A stretch of DNA of 58,945 nucleotides, filler included, from Sluysia triapertura (taxonomy: Eukaryota): assembly GCA_046118255.1 (NCBI GenBank). It is 4 parts of 4 records of this genome, joined end to end, with 100 filler letters (N's around TTAATTAATTAA, not from the genome) between each part and the next. Parts side by side here need not be neighbours in the genome. Positions count along the whole stretch, not along the records: positions 45,522 to 58,945 come from JBJNIA010040468.1; 3 more parts are not named here. One strand, written 5' to 3'. Position 1 is the stretch's first letter, and every line of letters starts with the position of its first letter. A model generated the notes under the pieces. The model was not told the DNA's origin, ran no database searches, and saw nothing but the letters and a program-made list of their open reading frames with translations. Made by a program: the position numbers and the translations under genes. Positions 53,701-58,945 of the stretch are shown in pieces.

Positions 53701-53974
53701 TGTTTGTCTGTGATTTATCATTGGTGTGATTGTGATTTAATATCTTTCTTTGTTCTTTCTGACTTATCAATGGTAAGCTTGTGATCCCATGATTCAACAA
53801 CAATTATTAACACCAGCAACACAAATATCAGTTTCTTAAATGGACAATCAGTATCAGCCTTATTACAGTAACTACTTTTTAAATAAATATGATCCATTTA
53901 TTTATATTTATTGTACCAAATTATTTGATTATGTACGTAATTGTTTTATTGTAAAATAAAAGTTTTCAATTCAT

Positions 53975-54040
53975 CGAACTTCGGAGCGAGAGGTCCCGAG
54001 TTCGATCCCCGGTCAGTCCATTTTATGAAATCTAACAAAA
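53975..54040 (+). mobile_element. tRNA-derived SINE, 5'-truncated copy 2
   Basis: GCGAGAGGTCCCGAGTTCGATCCCCGGTCAGTCCATTTTATGAAATCTAACA matches copy 1, including the non-tRNA tail. Confidence 0.75.
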
Positions 54041-54719
54041 TTATATAGTTGTCAATTTATTTTTTCACAAGATCCTATTTAATTGTAATTGTATTTAAAA
54101 TATTATTATATAAACTCCCTTAATATAAGCGAAAACTAATCATTGAATAGCATTATTAATTAGTTTTTTGACATACATTCTTCATTTCAAACCCAATTAC
54201 CCCAGTATAGATAACTAACAGTTGATAATTTAAAATTAGAAAACCTTACTTAACATTTTTGAGAATTCTAATTTATCACATCTCCATCAACTTACACAAG
54301 CTTTTCTTCAAATCCTACGAACTAGCTCTCAAGTGTATAAACATAGGATCGTAGTGTGTACAAATAATGACAGTGATAATAGTGATAATAATAATTATTA
54401 TTATAATAATTTTGGAGATATGTTGTATTGATTCTTATATTCATTTGTGACAGAAAGGTAATTTAGAAGTTGTTTACGATCTTTCAAATGAATTATACTA
54501 TAGAATTTGATATAATTTAAGTGAAAATTCACTAGTTTATGATTTATAATTTTAAAAGAATTAAATTTGCCTTCATGACAATTATTTATATATACATAAA
54601 AAATCTGAAATAATAAAGGAAAACTTATTTTTCGAAACATTGAACACTAATATATCATTAAGTTTAAAGTTCGTAAAATTATTCAGGTTGTTGAATGGAA
54701 CATCTGCATTTCGGATATT

Positions 54720-56013
54720 GGCGACTTTCTCCGGCTGTGGGATTCTGAAATTAATAATATAATAATCAAATTAATATTGAACATCAAATATAAAATTTAC
54801 TTTAAACACTAAATTGTCTGCAGAATTATTGAATTGAACGTCTTCTTTTGAAGTGAAGTAGTCTTGATTAGCTGAAAAATTGTGTACATGATTAGTATTT
54901 CGAATGTCCAATATTAACTTATTTAGTCGTTCTGCATGCTAATAAGTAATATCATGTGAAGCTTCAATATAACGTATTTCAGTAATGTTATGGAAATGTC
55001 TACAGGATGATCCGTATTTACTGCATTGGCCTAAGCTATCTGATTGAAAAGGACATAGTCATGTTTGAAATAAATCTTGATTTTGTTGGCTTGAAAGAAC
55101 GCCAAACATAGGTGAGATTGTAGAAGAAATTCGATTGTTTACGACATGACGTAATGCCAAATAATCTATTGAAATTTCACTAAGAGATGCATTGAATACA
55201 AATGAACAAGGATCTAATGAAATTATGCTTACCGTTTTATATCTGTCATTAGTAACAGCATCTTTACATACATTACCTTCATTGAGACAGCTAGGAACAC
55301 TTGCTGGGTAAGGTATAATTTAACTTTTAATTACCAACTCAGAAATCAATTCTAATTTATTAACTTCCTTAAACATTATACATAATTCAATCACAAGAAT
55401 GCGACGTAAATGTAAATGTAAATGTCCGTTTCTTTTGTAAATTGGATTAATGGCTATATAAGTCAAACAACATTTGAAGAAGAACACACGTCATCGTATT
55501 TAAAACTTTTAAACAAAATCTTGGAAATAATACGATGCCTTGGTGACTTAATAAGTTTCAGGCGTATGTTTGATATTAGTTCATCAATTTTCACAACATT
55601 AACTCCTTTTAATGATTTTGATGGAAAATAAAAATCTTCTGATTCTTGAATTATTGATGATGAGTGTTGATCGTAATGCACTTCCAGCATTGAAGATAGA
55701 TCTAAAAAACTAAGGAATTGATTATTTACATTCGGTTCAATTTGGGTTGGAGATCCACATATTTAAGAACAGAATATGGTTTAGAGAATGCGTACATCAT
55801 AAAAGAATATTGATAATGTAACAATTTTAATCTTGGATATGAATCAAAGACTTGCGAATTTGACGATTTTATTTCATTGTGTTGAGACAATAAATGATTA
55901 CACGAAATGCTTGATTCTACTTTATTATTTAAATCGTTCAAATTGTTCAGATAATTAACAACTTTTATTAAATTATAAGCTTCATTTAATTGATCTTTAC
56001 GATGTTTTAACAT
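54720..56013 (-). pseudogene. Diverged Regnase/ZC3H12-like gene (NYN/PIN-like domain and CCCH zinc finger), disrupted
   Basis: CCCH finger CPFQSDSLGQCSKYGSSCRHFH at 54990-55056. Upstream, AINPIYKRNGH, LELISELVIK-KIIPYP and DAVTNDRYK echo Regnase AVNWFLERGH, ILRELEKKKILVFTP and GIVVSNDTY in the same order. Short introns, stops and frameshifts are present. Confidence 0.5.
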
Positions 56014-56196
56014 TTTTGATTTACCTTTATAAGAGAGATATTAATTTTTGAACTTTAATTGTTTCCTTGGGATTATTATAAATTGATCTGGAGTTCACTA
56101 CAGTACAATATAATAGTATATAAAAGGTTGAAATGCGATCGCTTATATAGTAGTTAGATAATTGATTAGGAGTCTAAAAATTGGATTTTTGAAGTA

Positions 56197-56281
56197 CCGT
56201 ATTTTAAGGATTTTAAGGCGCACCTTAAAAAGATTTTTAGCTAAATTTTAGAAGGTGCGCCTTATAATCTTGAAAATACGG
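56197..56281. mobile_element. pogo/Tc2-type mini-MITE (85 bp)
   Basis: TA target duplication. TIR CCGTATTTTAAGGATTTTAAGGCGCACCTT / AAGGTGCGCCTTATAATCTTGAAAATACGG. Confidence 0.9.
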
Positions 56282-57479
56282 TAATAGAAAACAATAGTCA
56301 AGTCATTTTTTAGGATGTGCCTTACAGTTTAGACTAATATAAGTACTTGCTCGTTTGAGTCGGTTATAAGCGGAACATTTTTAATAATTAAATTTTGACG
56401 ATAATTCTCGTTGACTTCCAATTTATCATTTCTCAGTATTACCCAAATAGAATGGAATTTGTGACAAACAACATCCTTATAATACTGACATAAAATCAAA
56501 ATTTAACATGACAATCATATTAATGTTTAAATAATATATCAATATAAAATCAATTAAACGTAAAATTCCTTTTAAACAATAATTTTTAGGACACTACATC
56601 ATGCATTAACATATGTTACGATGAAATTAATAACCCATCTGATTTGGTACCTTAGTGAGGATTAATTTGATATGTAGTTTGATTATGCTTAAACACGACA
56701 TATATAAATTTAGCTTTACATTATAGAATGTTAAAATAAATAATTTATTACGTTGTGCCTACATGTTTCGTATCATTTCAATATTAGTACTTTAGTTCAT
56801 GCAATGTTTTCTCATAAAATTATTAAGTCAAAACAATTTTTAATTAAATTAATTAATATGCTTTTATATTTTCAAGAGTAACACATTTCCTTTTATTTTA
56901 AATATTTCATAAACATGTATAATTAACAAATGTCATCCATCAGAGTAAATTGTTTTATCTTTTATTCTAATTCTACAAGTTCCAGCACTGTCATCTAGTA
57001 CAATCTCATTGACAAATATTAAACAATCTCTTCCTTATTAGCCAAAAGAATTTCATGCTACTTCTAAGTTTTGCTTATCAATTTTATTCTTCAACAGTTA
57101 ATTGATTAGCATATTGATATATACAAAACCAGATATTAGATTAAACTTAATTTATTTGGAGAATTAATAAACATTGAAAATTACCTACTTCGTAAATTAA
57201 TGTTGATTCACTGTCAGCTAGTTTGGTCAATTTTACAAAAAGAACATCAAAAAGATTGTAAACGTACTCATACATTTCCTTCGCCACTACGTTTTGATTT
57301 TTTTTTCCTTCATATTCTATATAACCTCGCTCGTGTGGCACGCTTAACAGTACATTACCAACAACCTTTATATTGTAAATGATCGGTCGTAAAAGCAAAA
57401 CTTAAAGCAAACATGATGAATGTAGTGATCAACATTCATAATTCAAACTAAATCTAATATTCACAAATCAAATTTCATT

Positions 57480-58730
57480 AAAATGCAATTCTCACAATTA
57501 TCAAGTTTAATCACACGTTAGCTATGCTGCCCCAGACTTTACTAAGTAAGATCAGCCCAAAGATACAAACATGTATCACATCTAAATCACCATATGATGA
57601 TCTAAAACAAATAATCATACAACAATATCGACCAAATTCGGAAAAGGTTTTTCAAGATTATTTTAAAATACAAACATTAGGTACTCTAACACCTTTCGAA
57701 TTTCTGGCAAAAATAAAAACGGACTTAGCACCTTTTGGTTGTGACATCGATGAAAATTAAGATGTCTTAAAACGCTTATTCCTCGACGCTATGCCCCTCA
57801 CAGTTCAAGGCATATTCGTAGGAACTCAAAACACTAAAACTGGTGAACTAGCCAAGATCGCTGACAATATCATCGCTGTATGGAACAAGAATCACCAACA
57901 ACCTCTCTACGCAATGAACGATTCTTCTTCCAACATCCAAAAATTCAACACTACAACAACCAACAATGAAACACAAAACCTTTTAGTGCAAGTCCAAAAT
58001 CTAACAAAACAAGTAGTAGATCTTACAAAAATTCTATATTCAAAGTCAAGAGAAAACTCTCCAACAAGAAGAGCTAGTTCTCCCACATTCTCAACAAATT
58101 CTTCTAATTCAAACAAATCTATACGAAGCAAACGACCTTTTAACGGAATCTGTTATTACCATAACAGATTCCAACAACAAGCCAGATCTTGCTTAATAGG
58201 ATGTAGATTTCCAAATAAATCTACAAAACTAACAATTAAAAACTTGTGTGTCTATCATTCACACTTTCAAAAAAGTTCTAAAAAATGCATGGATGGCTAC
58301 ATCCACTTCAAACAAAATCTACGACCCCCTACAAAAAACTAAAATTGCCAACGGTCAAAGCGGCTAGACCGAAACAATTGACAATCAATGGTATCTTCAC
58401 ACTGCCACTTACCTTCATCAATTTCAAATATCTCAAATTAGATTTTCTGATAGACACTGGAGCTGCCGTGTCAGTAATTCCTCAACGTTTTATCAGAAAT
58501 ACATCACAGACACGTTCTTTCCTAACAGCAGCTAATGGAACAACCGTTACCTGCTACGGCTCCAGAAAACTACAATTCAAACTACCACACTTAATGACTG
58601 CACTTTTCTAATTGCCGCAGTCCAGTAACCGATTATAGGAGCTGATTTTCTCACTCACTATAAACTCCTAGTCGATTGCCACAACAAAACTCTAACAAAG
58701 TCCACTCAACTCAACGACATTAAAATCAAA
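57480..58730 (+). mobile_element. Ty3/Gypsy LTR-retrotransposon relic: gag, -1 frameshift and aspartic protease; truncated before RT
   Basis: Gag PYDDLK...LGTLTPFEFL...LFLDAMPLTVQ...LAKIAD and CYYHNRF..QARSC..GCRF. Slippery A AAA AAC TAA at 58333-58342 leads into the -1 frame with FLIDTGAAVSVIP..LTAANGT..YG and later PIIGADFL. Internal stops present. Confidence 0.9.
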
Positions 58731-58841
58731 CTTGAGAATTTTAAGAGAATTTCATTTGTTTTTATTTTTATATTTTAAGAATTAAAGAATAAAGAATGTA
58801 TTAAAGGATTTATGCATTTTTATTTATTGTTTATTTTATTA

Positions 58842-58945
58842 CTCCCTCTGTCCGAAAATAAGAGTCCGATTTCTAAATATTAGGTTTTTTTATTGATTTA
58901 AATGGTATGAAGGGATCAAGTTTTCATTGATAAACACAATTTTTC
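58842..58945 (+). mobile_element. Possible Stowaway/mariner-like MITE left end
   Basis: TA|CTCCCTCTGTCCGAAAATAAGAGTC; the other end lies outside the window. Confidence 0.55.

Noticed and set aside
56900-57398. Coding-like minus-strand fragment faintly resembling exocyst or myosin helices
   Set aside because: The similarity is too weak and ambiguous to name.

Overview
Very AT-rich eukaryotic, most likely animal, genomic DNA. It has very short GT-AG introns (37-50 nt) and metazoan-type gene fragments. This would fit a compact parasite genome such as the orthonectid Intoshia, but that is only a tentative guess. The window is split by three artificial 100-bp linkers (N44-TTAATTAATTAA-N44) and one plain gap, so adjacency across them is unverified. 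It is an accessory, repeat-rich region with no clearly intact housekeeping gene. Mobile elements: an RLE-type (R2/NeSL-like) non-LTR relic, a Ty3/Gypsy gag-protease relic with a -1 slippery site, a Tc1/IS630-like transposase relic, two piggyBac-type MITEs, a pogo/Tc2-type MITE, a Stowaway-like end, two copies of a tRNA-derived SINE, a foldback-like element and several unclassified dispersed repeats. Two long intronless ORFs are open: a RING finger fused to tryptophan repeats (521 aa) and an orphan (557 aa). There is also a dense set of partial, diverged copies of host genes: KDM1B/LSD2 N-terminus, GBF1-type Sec7, Rbfox RRM, a single DNAJC8-like exon, a class A GPCR fragment and a Regnase/ZC3H12-like NYN+CCCH gene. 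The most intriguing signal is a shared upstream cassette (covarying hairpin, inverted CCAATCAGAGTA palindrome, short tandem repeats, then ATG) in front of two unrelated intronless ORFs. It suggests a mobile promoter or gene-capturing module. All homology calls are from recalled motif recognition, not database searches.
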